A DNA stretch of 64,000 nt from Lytechinus pictus (Eukaryota): positions 23,252,001-23,316,000 of the forward strand of contig NC_087250.1 of assembly GCF_037042905.1 (NCBI RefSeq). The letters run 5' to 3'. Position 1 is the first letter of the stretch. Every line of letters begins with the position of its first letter. The position numbers and the translations under genes are program-made. Below, piece after piece: positions 13,801 to 26,558 of this stretch. Below the pieces are notes generated by a model that was not told the DNA's origin, did no database searches, and worked only from the letters and a program-made list of their open reading frames with translations.

Positions 13801-16500
13801 AAATGTTTAAAGTGGATGCCGAGATTATAGAAGAAGGAAGACTGTTCCAGGAGTCAATCACTCTCTGACTAAAGCTGTTTTTCCTTAGCGATGAGTTGCT
13901 TCTTTATTTGTACAGCTTCATGTGATGACCTCGAGTGCTACTTTGGCCTACGGGTGTGAAGAAGAGATCTGGATCAAAGTCTACCAGTCCATTCATAATT
14001 CTATAAACTTCAATCATATCACCTCTGATTCTTCTGTAATGTAGAGAGAACATGTTGAGTTCCTTCAGTCTTGTTTCATAAGTCAACTTATTACTTAGTT
14101 AAGTTCAATTTCAAGCTTATTCATTTACAGTCAATGACAAAAATGTCACGAGTCATGAAAAAAAGTTTAAAATAAAATCATAGACTCTTAATTTTTGTCT
14201 AGACTAAAGAAAATGAAGAGAACCAAAAAAAAAAAAAAAGACGTCATCATCATGAAATTTGAAATAGACATTAGATTAAATCTTAATTATTGTGCAGAAG
14301 TTCATAAGGCCCCAGTATAAATGCATTCAAATCAAATCTAGAGAAGGCCTGGAAAACCAAGATTTAATTGTTTCGACCCCGACAATGACAATATTCTTAT
14401 ATAACGTTAGATCTAATCTAACTCGTCCAAACTCAGTCACACTAACACTTATAACAGACCACTCTAGGCGACACCCCGATACTTACCCGTGTTAATAAAC
14501 TGGGACTCCACTCACGCGCATTTGGGCCGCCCTAGCTTAGAACTAAGCATTGATATGACTTAACAAAATATATCTACAAGGTATGTATAATCTATTTACT
14601 ACTTTGATAATGTTTAAACGGTACTCACCAGTTCTTTTGATGTATTTTCTCCAGAATTCCCACGGATTTGTCCCAAATCTTGCGACAAACCACGTCGCGG
14701 TAGACAGCTGTACATTCTTTTTTATTTATAAATAGAGCGCCCCTTACGATAGTTGTTAACAACGCGGCCAAATCGTTAGGTTTTTTGCACTGTGTCCAAG
14801 GCGTTTTTATTTTGTTTGATTTTTTATTTTTTAATAAATATTTTGTTAAATAGCGATTTTTACGTGAAATATTAAATTTATATCACAAAATATTTTTAAT
14901 TGTAGAGATATATATAATATCATGCAATAATTTATTCTATATATATTTTATAATAAAATTTATAATTGTTGCGGTCTTTAAAAAAGGATAGTCGATAGAT
15001 CAGGTGATGACTACACGTATCACGTGATCTGAAAATCAGCTTCATACCGCTTTGATTGCACTCGACGGTGACCGGACTGACTGCCAAGAAAAGATCGAAA
15101 AAGGACTCAAATGTAAGTTTCCCTTTATTTTATTAAATGTTAAGTAGGAATAGGATGATATTTAATGGGCAATCTTTTAATAAATGATAAACAAACGAGG
15201 AAAAAACTCGTATTTAGGGAGTAATATCATACTTGGGTGCAGGAAACAGGAACGGTTCTACTTCTAACCTGTTTTTAACGCATTGTCGCCTATGAGGTCC
15301 ATACATGCTAATGTTTGGACCTCATTGGTACTAGGAGTGTAACACTAACAGTAGGGTGTCTGAAGCCACACTGAAAAGTGTCAGCATAAAACAGGCTGAT
15401 TTAGGGGAAAATATGGCACATTTTTTCGGGGAAGTTCAGGCTATTAGAAAAATGTGATCTGAATTGATTATTAACTTGTGTTTGGCATGTATGGAAAGAG
15501 AAAATTCAGGGGCTTCTTTTGACAGTAAGGACAAGTTTATATGATCATTTTAAATAAGGATTTAGAGATAAATTGCAAACCCTTATTTTTGTGTGTGTTG
15601 AGATTGCCATTTCTCCATGCGTTTTCTATGGGAAAATGAAATTTTTGTTTTGCACAATTTTTTTCACTTTGTCGCAATTTTTCATTGTGATCTGGTTTCC
15701 AAATCTTTATAAAAATCATACCATCAGATAGAGCATAAAAAATCCTATTGGACTCTTTATGGACAAGTTTTTGGCATTAATAATAAATTTATAACAGCTC
15801 TCGGAAGCTAAAAATTTGGATTTGTGTGTGTCCATTTCTTAACTACACAGTCTATGGCAGAGAAATGCTGAAAATTTACCTAATTTCATTCTTCTTTTTT
15901 GCAGCCAATAATTGGAATTTTTTCAAAAATGTTACATTTCTGTCAGTCTGAAGGTCATTTCTCTTCAAATTCACAAAGAAAATGTGATATTTTCTTGAAA
16001 TAAGAAAAATATTTTTTTTCTCCAGACACCCTACTAACAGACTAACGTCTTAACGAACGATAAAATTGTTGAGTTCAACTGAGGACAAGTTCAAAGATGC
16101 AGAGGGGCTAATAAATAAGTCTTCTATACTTAATGCCCAACATCACGGTAAATCAAGGTAAATCAAACTCATTACACTACCATGTTCATGATCATCAGAC
16201 ATCCCATCACATTCATGAATCATCATCCCCGCCCTCAGCTCAGCCAGCATAAATATACTCGTGTGGGACAAGGGCAAAAAGGCCGTGTGTATCGGCATGG
16301 TCCACAAGTCACAACTTAATCAGTGTACAAACCCGATTACGACGTCAAAAAACATATATTCACGCCATTTCACACTTACAGCTATTTCTATAAAGGAGGA
16401 ATTATTATTGTACAATACCTGAATTTATTGTAAGATCTTTCCAACGGTGTGTTTCTCCTCTCAAAATCAGAATCTCTTGAAAAGATGTGGAGAGCGCCAT
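426..16500 (-). CDS. NUP160: Nuclear pore complex protein Nup160, N-terminal part (10 coding exons; gene continues beyond left edge)
   Basis: Exons 16419-16500, 12505-12616, 11648-11855, 10375-10606, 8516-8594, 7459-7573, 5078-5242, 2810-2985, 1563-1647, 426-494 all have GT-AG ends and consistent phases (1323 nt = 441 codons, no stops). The product MALSTSFQEI..WKDLTINSGGTQ..SAGGFTY..NRFIYWRT..VHRLPFPHP..SWLTADGEAWFAL..CRDHKLRIWS..DPREAYLDHIFKPGRFS is collinear with recalled metazoan Nup160 N-terminal motifs. Confidence 0.93.
1563..1647 (-). CDS. NUP160: Nup160 exon 9 (QRTEGWLPVYLETDQLTSVQVPSFLDPR)
   Basis: cag acceptor, CGG|GTAAG donor, W.PV and DPR motifs. Confidence 0.9.
2810..2985 (-). 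CDS. NUP160: Nup160 exon 8 (FLILEQRWQDG...TLVDFTMTSSHVVAMWGLPDGRTVVKSTCYS-K)
   Basis: tag acceptor, AA|GTAAG donor, L.DF..T.....A.W motif. Confidence 0.9.
3425..5070. repeat. Compound microsatellite (TAG)n/(AGGAGT)n/(GGA)n in Nup160 intron 7
   Basis: Directly visible; source of spurious ORFs 3419..5311, 3477..4892, 3487..3942. Confidence 0.97.
5078..5242 (-). CDS. NUP160: Nup160 exon 7 (NLNCLITSDLTSFLPEG...LTLGVYLTISHFSL)
   Basis: Polypyrimidine tract plus aag acceptor, CTG|GTAAG donor, 55 codons. Confidence 0.88.
5467..6052. mobile_element. Palindromic TTAA-flanked MITE (Kolobok-like)
   Basis: TTAA-aaggagaatgaaacc...ggtttcattcccct-TTAA, arms inverted over about 190 bp. Confidence 0.8.
6282..7049. 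mobile_element. piggyBac-like non-autonomous element
   Basis: TTAA TSD (6278-6281, 7050-7053), CCCT..AGGG termini, TIR ccctaactaggccggg / ccggccattttaggg. Confidence 0.75.
7459..7573 (-). CDS. NUP160: Nup160 exon 6 (RDQDAIYLAQSVAVRPLGQDMMAFCVCRDHKLRIWSCK)
   Basis: cag acceptor, AAG|GTAAA donor, conserved C.DHKLR.WS motif. Confidence 0.93.
7594..8340. repeat. (GAT)n microsatellite, two blocks
   Basis: Directly visible; generates poly-S/H/I/M pseudo-ORFs. Confidence 0.95.
8516..8594 (-). CDS. NUP160: Nup160 exon 5 (ITTQNEVKESSIMERLWTGLVPVSI-R)
   Basis: tag acceptor, AG|GTATG donor, phases 1 and 2 fit the neighbouring exons. Confidence 0.9.
9295..9637 (-). mobile_element. tRNA-derived SINE
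   Basis: Minus strand has an A-box TGGTGTAGTGG, a degenerate B-box, a core ..GCTAAATGGGTACCCGG.. and a (TTA)n tail; related to the copy at 48545-50248. Confidence 0.8.
10375..10606 (-). CDS. NUP160: Nup160 exon 4 (DANAQLSGSDLASIFAD...SWLTADGEAWFALSVRTGSLVLVKMAPLGLR-G)
   Basis: cag acceptor, G|GTAAT donor; overlaps track ORF 10355..10549. Confidence 0.9.
11648..11855 (-). CDS. NUP160: Nup160 exon 3 (RTSQNRVELVESSLNHNLHGNALRLNF...VHRLPFPHPNKLTRQ)
   Basis: cag acceptor, CAG|GTAAG donor, open frame, VHRL..PHP motif. Confidence 0.92.
11915..12077. mobile_element. Short palindromic MITE
   Basis: tacc(a/t)tggtcacatttg..ctacggcggccgta arms; copies at about 23700-23850 and 42881-43047. Confidence 0.8.
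12505..12616 (-). CDS. NUP160: Nup160 exon 2 (GTQGVLQDVNVADSAGGFTYKDSHKVNSVTANRFIY-W)
   Basis: cag acceptor, TG|GTAAG donor, SAGGF.Y...NRFI.W motif. Confidence 0.92.
13082..13364 (-). mobile_element. tRNA-derived SINE, near full length
   Basis: A-box TGGCCCAGTGG, B-box GGTTCGAATCC, core ACCCAGGTGAGGTAAATGGGTACCGG, (TTA)n tail. Confidence 0.85.
13540..14090 (-). mobile_element. CR1-type LINE 3' fragment
   Basis: YETRLKELNMFSLHYRRIRGDMIEVYRIM..TRGH..KL*..RKNSFSQRVIDSWNSLP is the typical CR1 ORF2 C-terminus, with an in-frame stop. Confidence 0.9.
15352..16033. mobile_element. Non-autonomous DNA transposon (hAT-like TAGGG termini)
   Basis: TIR tagggtgtctg / cagacacccta; flanking duplication ctaacag at 15345-15351 and 16034-16040. 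Confidence 0.75.
16419..16500 (-). CDS. NUP160: Nup160 coding exon 1 (MALSTSFQEILILRGETHRWKDLTINS-G)
   Basis: AACATGGCG start context; phase-1 donor G|GTATTG matches exon 2 phase; CpG-rich upstream sequence. Confidence 0.85.
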
Positions 16501-17339
16501 GTTAGATTTCGCGCCTGCGTTGGGACGGCGTTGTTGTTGTTGTTGTCGGACGCCGGACGTACGTCGGGGGTTTAGTGGGGGAGTTTTGCCACTTTCATGA
16601 TATAATTATGAAGCGGCAGAGGAAGAGGGAGGAGGATGAGGAGAGGCAGCCAGAGAAGGAGAAGAAGAAGAAGAAGAAGAAGGAGAAGAAGAAAAAAAAA
16701 GGAGGAGGAGGAAATTGCACATATAGGCCCAGTCTGTAGCGACTTGACTATATCTGCATACCTAATCTATTTATTCTTTTCCTTATATACCTTTATACCA
16801 CATTTTTCATATTTTATATAGTTACCTATGATCTGCTTTGCAAACAGATTTTTTTCATTCTTACCATGGGCATGATGGGTTAGAACGTAGAGGCAATTGT
16901 CACGACTTACCCACCGCCCCGCCCCCCGGCCCCCCCCCCCTCCCCCCCCCCCCAAAAAAAAAATCTCCTTTCAACTGTTTTGCCTCCCAAATTTTGGGCG
17001 CGGTCTTGTACTTGTACTTATACTATATTTTTCTTCTGTTGCTATGCAATCATATTAAGACAAGACCACCCCAACAAAAAGTTGAATTGAATTAAAGAGA
17101 AAAATCCAGCAAGCATAACACTGAAAATTTCATCAAAATCGGATGTAAAATAAGAAAGTTATGACATTTCAAAGTTTTGATTAATTTCACAAAACAGTTA
17201 TATGCACATAATGGTCGGTATGCATATGAGGAGATTGATGACGTCATCCACTCACTATTTCTTTTGTATTTTGTTACATGTATATGAAATATTCTAATTT
17301 TCTCCCCATTGTCAAGTGAAAAATGATTAATCCTCAGTT

Positions 17340-18655
17340 GAAAGGAGATTTTTTATGGTGTAATACAAATAAAATGAACTTGAATGCCAGTAAATGTCAA
17401 GCGATGAGAGTGGACTTTGGGAAGAATCCACCCCCACCACTGATTGTTGAAATAGGCAACCAGACCCTGAACGAAGTAAATGTGATGAAAATACTTGGTA
17501 TCCTTATCCAATCAGACCTGAAATGGAATGACCACATTAGTTCAATGATAGCTAAGGCTAACAGGCGAATTTACATGTTGAGGCAGCTCAGACCTTTTAA
17601 ACTCCAACAGGGTGATCTACTGACCTTTTATACTGGTTACGTGAGGCCTTTGGTGGAGTATGCTGTGCCAGTTTGGCACCCAGGTCTGACTACTCAACAG
17701 CGAGCACAAATCGAAAGAACACAGAAACGATCTCTCCGAATTATTCTTGGCCCACTGTACATCACCTATGAGAATGCCCTACAAATCACAAACCTGAAAT
17801 CACTCGAATTAAGACGACGGGACTGTATCAAATTTGCCAAGTCCCTACAAAACTCACCCACCTTCAGATCCTGGTTGCCTAATCCTAAACTAAACACAAA
17901 ATCACGCCGAAGAATTGCTCCCTACGATCAGATTAAATGCAGAACACAAAGGTACAAACTTAGCTTATTGAATGAATCCTAGATAAAAAAAAGACAATCA
18001 GTTTGTTGTGATCTGTATTATGACCTCTTCCTAAATCCTTTTTTTTTTTCATATCTCCTCTCTCTCTCTCTCTCTCTCTTTCTTCTTTTTCTTTCTCACC
18101 CTCCATCTCCATCTCTTTCTCTTTCTCTCGCTCTCTTTCCCTTCCTCCATCATTCTCTCCAATTCTTTCTCTATCTCACCATGCAATGTGACTTTTTATT
18201 ATTATTATTGAATTAGAATAATCAGCGACTACCTGTAATGTTTCAGTAGAACGAAATAAGTATACAAAACTCTCTGTATATAAAACTTTATTCTAATTAT
18301 TTACCCATTGTTACCCACTTCCATTTCTCCTTATACTCTGAATACGTTACTAATTCGAAATATCGATATTCTCAAGTCAAATTTATCCAATCCAATTCAC
18401 TTACATCATAAATCCTTCCAATCCGCTTTCTCGTATACATGTACTATATCTTAAGCAAATTTTGAAACCTCTGCAATTACTTATATTCTGTTGATTCATA
18501 TTAACCTCCAAAGTACATTATTTCATGCTTTGCCTGTATTTTTATAATTCTATTTTGATACTGTTATGTTTTATGTTGTTTTTTAATGTAAAAGTTCTGT
18601 ACAATTCAGCTCTTGCTGCGAACAGTCTTTGAATAAAATACCATTATTATTATAT
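17340..18655 (+). mobile_element. 5'-truncated L2/CR1-group LINE (RT C-terminus plus 3' UTR) inserted into a Kolobok-like MITE (17056-18950)
   Basis: ORF 17323..17982: W...NKMNLN..KC..KILG.LI.SDLKW..H..KANRR..LRQL..Y..YVRP.VEYA.PVW..IER.QKR; ends aataaa..(tta)n; MITE halves on both sides. Confidence 0.9.
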
Positions 18656-21600
18656 TGTTTAATAGTGGTTCAGTCAACTTGGTCCTTATTGTCAAATCTG
18701 TAAAAAAAAATTAAATATTGTATAATTAAAACAATAAAAATGAAAGAAATAGTGAGTGATGGACATCATCGATTGGCTCATTTGTATTACATTGAATTGT
18801 GCATATCACTGTTTTGTGAAAAATAAGCGAAAATTTAGAATGCCATAACTTTCTTATTTTACATTAAATTTTGATGAAATTTCAGCGTTATGCTAGTTTA
18901 ATTTTTCTCTATTTATTCAAATAAAAATTGTTCTGGGGTGGAATTGACCTATATAGTTTCCAGCTAGCCCCCCCCCCCCCTTTCCCTACCAGTCGGCTTC
19001 CTTGGAGAGGGTAACAATAGGCCCACTCTCGTATCCGTGGGGGGCACAGTCGGCTCGTGCCCCCCCCCCCTTTGAGAGGCACAATTAACATTTGTAATGT
19101 AAAAATGCCGTTAAAACACAAGTGTGCCCCCCCCCCCCGCTTTGAAAGTGACTTTTTGTTCGCTTGTCATATTTTTCCTCTGAAAAAATATGCCCCCCCC
19201 CCTTGTAAAATCCTCCATCCGCCCCTGAATAGGCCTATATTATCGTCTATTTTTGCAATTTTTCACAACTAGACTTCTTGGTTTTGTTTTACATGAAGGG
19301 CATTTGACAATATATTTTCTATGTTCTTTGAAAGCGTTCTGCGTCGCAGTGCAAATCGCTGAATAGAACCGGCTCCATTCGATGTGAAGTATGATTGACA
19401 TGAACCATTCATTTTCATTGAAGGGGACAGCTTGAAAGTTACTGGGAAAACAAATTAATAAACTTTATGTTAAGAGATAACATGGAAATATTATATGTTA
19501 ATTGGTCCTCTTAGATATGTTTGACGTCATTTCGTCTTATGATTTTTAATATCTGATTATCTCTGTATATTTGGACCAAGTGCTTATACATGATGAATAG
19601 CACCCCTCTGTTGTAAGTCGTCCGGTCCTTATATACGTTAATTTAATCGTGGTATTGTTTCAAATAGTCCGACTCGCCTCTTTTTCTCGCAGCTGACATT
19701 TTTCGAAAATAAAGTTCGCAAATTATATGGTGATTATCTGTATTTATTCCCGGAATATGGGATATAATTAGAGAGAACACGACTGAATTCTAATTACAGA
19801 TCATTTAAGTTTCCGAATGATACAAGTGTTTTTTCCCTCTCGCGACAGTATGTAAGTATTAAGCAGATCATTTGATCATTATTATGCTTCATATACAATC
19901 TCCTTTTTAGTCACATCAAATAAGCAACTATAATATGGTAAATTCGTTGTTATACCTATATATACTTTTTGTATTTATGACATATTATCTTTATTTTAAC
20001 GATCAAAATGTAATTATTGTAATGATTTCTTTTATTTTGCGGGTAGACCCATCGATCCGTTCTGATAGACAATTAGGATATAATGTATAACATGAATGTA
20101 TATTTGGAGGGTGGGGGGGGGGGGTAGTACATTCACATTTTTCCTAAGAACCATGCAGGTGCTAGCCTAATTCGGGAAATATTCATAATGATATCTCCGT
20201 CACAGGGGGGCGGGGGCAAAAGCAAAAGTTGGCCATTATGGTATTTATCAATACAAAATACGTTTTCAGATAAAGTTAATACAAAATGGGTTACGAGCCC
20301 TTTTGACAACAGCTATTTTTATTTTAAGCTATTTATAACCCAACGAATGTCGCCCCCGAATTTTGTTGAAAAAATATAATAAAAAGAAAACTCAAACAAA
20401 AGAAATGCATAAGAAAATAAAGCAAAATAAAAACAATTGAATACATGAGAAATCAATTGTGGTACCGGATTTTTTTTTCAAAACATAAAACAAAGCTTTT
20501 GCGCCGCGGCGCAGAACGCTTTCAAGAACCTAGAAAATTTGTCGTCACTCATGCAGCTCCAAAACTGAAGGTTGCGGTTCACCATTTTCCGACAAAGTCC
20601 TCCCAGCTGTTCATTGTCATTTGAAGGACATTTTCGATGGATTTACTGTGTTCTTAAAGAAAATATTTAAATCTAAATAAATAGAGTAATATTTAGAGCA
20701 AAATACTGAAAAATTCATCGAAATCTGATAGCAAATATATAGCTAAGTTATTGAAATTTAAAGTTTAGCAAATATGATTGTGAAAACAGTTATACACACG
20801 TCGTCATAAATATTCATTAGATGGACTGATGATGTCACATTCCCACTTTCCTTTTCCCATATGTTATTAGATGAAATCATAATTGTTTCATTTTTTCATG
20901 CATGTGTGAATGATAAGCCTCCCTTAATTGTAATGAAATAAGTTGCAGCAATGAATGCACTTAATCAATCGTTATTCCAATTATAATATTTCGGGTTCTT
21001 GAAGGAAAAAAAATGATCATCAGTTTTCTCATTCACATGTCTAGATCTGTTTCACCGGAATAATACAAATCTTTAAAATGCCAGAACTTGATTCCTTGTC
21101 CGATTTTGATCAAATTGTCAGTGTTTTGTTTGTCTTATTTTTCTTAATCTGTTCAAATCATATTATTTTCAAATCAGAGGGCCCCTTTAAGTTCGTACTG
21201 CGTCGCTAGTGATCATGTACTAATAGTTGCCAACTCTACCGCTGTTGTTGGTATTCTCATGCTTTTGCACTTTTTGACAGCCTTCTGATCATTTCAATGG
21301 AAATACCATATTTTGATATTTTGTTAAGAGTCCCTCCAATATTGCCGACAATGGACGGTACGACGTTGCAAAACTATTTTATCATGCCTTTAACTGATCA
21401 TATGTAGTTTAAAACATGTGCATGCTTGACTAAATACAGAAAAATCTAACAAGCATATCATTAAAAATTTCATCAAAATCGGATGTAAAATAAGAGATTA
21501 TGGAACTTTGAAGTTTCGCTTATTTTTCCACGAAGAAGTTATTTGCACAACTCAGTGACATGCAAGTCAGAGAGTAGATGATGTCCCTGCTCACTCACTA

Positions 21601-24274
21601 TTTATTTTGTTTTATCATATTAATTATTTTTTTAAACAGATTTGACTATAAGGACCAACTTGACTGAACCATAAAACGCTTAAACAAAATTTAGGAGCGC
21701 CTTGAGCATGCACCTAGCAGTGGATACGTGCGCTACACAAATCCTATATTATTATTGATTATCAAAGCAATGGTAATACCAAAATGATGTTCAGGGATGA
21801 ATAAGACTTCGTTTCACATGACAATGAGGAGTAAATTAGAATATTTCATATTTCATATAATAATATACAAAAGAAATAGTGAGTGGGTGACGTCATCAGT
21901 CCCCTCATTTGCTTACTGACCAGGATGTGCATAATAACTGTTTTGTGAAATTAAGCGAAACTTTAAAATGTCATAAATTTCTTATTTTACATCTGATTTT
22001 GATGGAATTTTCAGGTTATACTTGTTTGGTGTTCTCATTGTATTTAAATCAATTATTTGTTGGGGTGGACTTGTCCTTTAACTTTTTATATTTTGAATAC
22101 TGATTTTTTTTTCTCTCTCTTCGTTACGCTTCCTCAAAAACATGGATGAATAATTATTTCATTCACGGAATCCTTCAGTTTTGTTTCAGTTTAATTTCTT
22201 TCTCATTTCCAACAGAACAGTATACAAAATCCATAAACATGCAATCATAACAACATTATCAATATATAATTAAGATACATGTAACACAATATATATATTC
22301 ATCTTAATTATAGCTTATACATTTGAAACTTGTATGGATCATAAAATATTTGTAGCTGAAAATGGAAAGGTCCATTGTGAAGGTTTCCTTGTAAATCGTG
22401 TACCCCTCAAATTAGATTACTAGTACTAGTATTCAATAATACTCAATCACATAATGAAAATAATGATTGCTATCATGGGCGGAAATCCCAGGGGGGCAGT
22501 GGGGACGCGTCCCCCTCACCTTTTAGAAAGGGGGACACAATATCCAATGCCCCCACACTATTTGTGGAAGGAGCGAAAAAAAAGGGGGGGAAAACGAAGA
22601 AACAGAAAGAGGAGGAGAAAAGGGAGAGGAGGAAGACGAGTAAATAAAATAAGGTGAGGGGGGTACATCTTTCATGTCACTTTTATTTTCTTATGCTTTT
22701 CTTTCGTTTGAGTTTCCTTTTTATTTATATTTTTCAGCAAAATTCGGGGGCGACATTAATTGGGTTATAAATAGCTTCAAATTATAATGGATGTTGTCAA
22801 TAAGTGTGTGTGTGTGTGTGTGTGTGTAGAAGAATGATGGAAAACTCGATTGTGTCACCCCCCCCCCCCTACACACACACACACCTTTTAAGAGAGATGT
22901 TCGCCCATGATTGTAATCAATTAGAAAATCTCCTTCTGACCTTGACATAATTTGTGGTGTGAATTATATTTTCCCATGACATATGTTTTGCTCAGAAGGA
23001 GGCAAGATGCAATGATGAAACTATCTGAAAATATGTGTAAAAAACAAATGGAGAGTTATCCACAAAATCAGCCATTTTGAATCACGTTTGCCAATTTGAG
23101 GATCCCCTTAGAAAGTACAAGAGTTTTAAAACTCCCATAACTTGCTTATTTCATTACCGATCTTGATGAAACCTCTTTTAAATTGTTCCTCTCATTTACT
23201 CTTTCTTGGGTGTTGGTTTCCTTTAAACAGGCCTAATATTATAATTCCCTCTCAGTGAACCACGCCCCCCCCCCCCCCCAGAAGGGCCCAGAATGCATTC
23301 TTCATGCTGAGTGTTGAATGGAGACAACACTACAATTTTCGGCAAACCCAGAGAAACAAACTTAATTCAATGTAATATTTTGTCACCTGACTTCACAATT
23401 AAATATCTAAAACATGGCAGAACATGAACATTTGAAATAAAGGGAAAGTTTGCGTTCATAATCATTGCCGTTTATATTTATTTCTTTTTATTAATATACA
23501 TATTTGAGATTTGTCTCACAGCGTGCGTGTTGTGTATTTCTGTTGTTTATTAATTTTTAGAAATCTGATGATAATGCAGTGTGCATAGATTCCTCTAAAC
23601 TTGAAACAGGCATATTCAAAATGTGTGATATTCTTTGTTAAACACTGCAGCTGTCACTACACTGTCGTTGAATTAATACGCCAAGCAGAAACAATAGCAA
23701 GGTGGTTATATTTGCTCTACGGCGCCTACGGCGGCCGTACGAAAACAGCCGTTTTATTATGATTTTTATTCAAACCACCTATATGTATAGCTGGTAAAAT
23801 GTTAAAATGGCTGTTTTCGACTTGCCGTGAGCAATTTTGACCGAGGTATAAAGCTCCACCCAAAAATCATTGATTACGAGGCAGGATGGCGATATAGATT
23901 ATACGGGGGGGGGGGGGGGGGGGGTAGTCTTCAGGCACAGACCCTGATTGGAACTTTGATCAACAAGTGTGCCTCCACGCAAAATTCAGACCCTTTACTC
24001 GAGTGAAGGGTTTGCCCAGCAGACGGGGGGGGGGGGTATGAATAGGCATATTGCAAAACATGCATCATGCTAAAATATTATTGAAGTATCGTTCATTCTC
24101 AAAACAAATCAGTCAAAAATGACTAGTTAATCGAGCCAGAGGGGTGCAACTGTTATTCTAGTCATATTTGACTATTTTCTAGATGTATTTTACTAGAAAA
24201 GAGTTATTTCTGACTAGAATATAAGTCAGAATGTGGGTAGACATATCAGTTGCACCCAGTTGACTACTGATCTT

Positions 24275-25200
24275 AGGGCGGCCCTTTCACACGTGATTCT
24301 CGAATCATCATTGTAATGATGATTGCTATTGTAATCGTGACTGTGATGAGCGTTTGTGATTCTAATCATGTTAAAGGGTGCGTTTATCCGCCACTTTTTT
24401 ACCCTAGAATCATGATCTGAATCATGATTCAAATCACGATTCTGCAGAATCACGATTGCGTTTAGTCGAAATTGAATATAATCATGATTAGAATCACAAA
24501 CATGAAACACGAAAAAAGGGGCGTTTGGAAAGACGTTTCTGCAGAATCACGTACGAAAATGTTCGAATAAACGATATCGTGATTACAATCATGATTCTAT
24601 GACCTCATTGTTATGTCGGGCTATTTTCGGTTTGACTCTTGCCAAGCTCAAGGCGCTCTATATGTTCATTCTATGTACATGATTATGTACTACGCATGCA
24701 TTTTTTGTCATGTTCAAGTTCTGTGTTGGTCATCGCATCGTCCACTACTTTTCATTTTTTGGTCATGTCTTCAACTTCAAGTTCTAGTAAATGAATTATC
24801 TGGACAGACAATGATCTCAGTTGTTGTTGAGTATACAGTATCAATATTAAATTGGATCTACGCTGAAATTCACTTCCGAACACCATTTTGGATAAACTAA
24901 CAAGATGAATAGAAGCATATAGAAGTAAACAAAATGAGGTATAGACTGAATTCTGGAAGCAAAAGATTTTTCGAGAGCCGAAACAGGTGCGAAAAACTTC
25001 CTCTGTCAAACTGCGCACTAGTGATGCGCACTGGATTGGCCCGAATCTGAGGAGAAACGGCATTGGAATGAAGGTCGTCTAAACGCTGATTCTGTGATAT
25101 TGTGATTCATGTTTGTGTTTTGAATCATGATTCAAATCATGATTCAAATCATGATTCTGGCTTGAGGTCGCATAAACGCAGCCAAAGTTTGGTTTCACAC
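24275..25200. mobile_element. Palindromic element with aatcatgatt subrepeats (PIF/Harbinger-like)
   Basis: Inverted ends gggtgcgtttat / ataaacgcagcc; repeated aatcatgatt on both arms. Confidence 0.55.
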
Positions 25201-25453
25201 GTGCTAAGAAGTTCTGAAGTAGATAATTTGTATGTATGTCGCCAGTCCGCGATGAAGAAACTGAGGAACCTTTTTTCCCGGCGTCAAAATAGTCAAAGAC
25301 TACGCATCATGAATACGTCATTAATACGGATCGAAAAGCAACAAAATAATTGACAATGACCCGAGCAGCTGGTCAGCGTGTCTCAATAGGAGCATCCCTG
25401 CGGTTACCATGAGAGGATTGTGTGTTCGAGTCCCAAATTAGGCAAGAACTTAA

Positions 25454-26004
25454 AGGACAAGTCCACCCCAACAAAAAAATGATTTGAAGAAAAGGAGAAA
25501 AATCCAACAAGCATAACACTGAAAATTTCATCAAAATCGGATGTAAAAAAGGAAGTTATCGCATTTTTAACTTTCGCTTAATTTCACACAACAGTTATTA
25601 TGCACATCCTGGTCGGAATGCAAATGAGGGAACTGATGACATCACTCATTTCTTTTGTATTTTGTTACATGAAATATTCTAATTTTCTCCTCATTGTCCT
25701 ATGTAACAAATGTTATTCCTCCCTGACCATATGGTATTATCATTGTTATAACATTTTATGGTTCAGTTAAGTAATTGGTAAAAATTGTAATATTGTATGA
25801 TTCCAACAACAAAAAACAAAAGAAATAGTGAGTGATGAACATCATCGACTTTCTCATTTGCATGTCACTGAGTTGTCAATGGAACTATTTTTTTGAAAAA
25901 TAAGCGAAACTTCAAAATGTTATAACTTTCTTATTTTATATCCGATTACGATGAAATTTTAAGCATTATGCTTGTTTGATTTTTTTGTGGGGTAGACTTG
26001 ACCT
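25454..26004. mobile_element. Full copy of TTAA-flanked Kolobok-like MITE
   Basis: TTAA-aggacaagtccacccc...ggggtagacttgacct-TTAA. Confidence 0.8.
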
Positions 26005-26558
26005 TTAACTTTAAAATCTCTACCCATTTTTGATAAAAATTGAGGCGAGACTTTGAACAAAATATAAGCTACTTTGGTCATAATCACGAATCCCGATTGG
26101 CATGGAGGGAGAAATAGGAATATTTTAGATAAAATGTACCTATTCTACCTATAAGATAACTATTAGGATATGAATGTATTGAGTAACGATTTGTGTTATC
26201 GTTGAAGTGGGTCTCTATTACAAGACTACACGGCTCACACTGTTGCATTATGGGTAGGACCCTGTCCAGATGTGCATAGTTGAGGACTAGTGGTGCTACT
26301 ATGGCTGTTGGTTCGTCTGTCCTTTAATGTAGGCATGTATTGGAACATGGAGGTCCATTTCTTTACAATATTTAAATAAAAGAGCTGCCAAAAGCTGTTG
26401 TACATGACCTTCACACATACTTTCTCCAGTTGAGGCATGGCGGCTTGTCATTGTTCAAAACACACCTTCACCCGACAAAGGAAATTATCATTGGTATAAT
26501 GTCGAAAATCTGTCTATCTGACGGTCAGTCGGATCGGGGTCGTCCTAGCCACTAACCC

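Noticed and set aside
16375..16418. Alternative donor 39 nt downstream of Nup160 exon 1
   Set aside because: The extension contains an in-frame TAA and there is no other support.
17323..17982. 219-aa ORF as a host gene
   Set aside because: It is the C-terminal part of a 5'-truncated LINE reverse transcriptase; its ATG comes from the flanking MITE.
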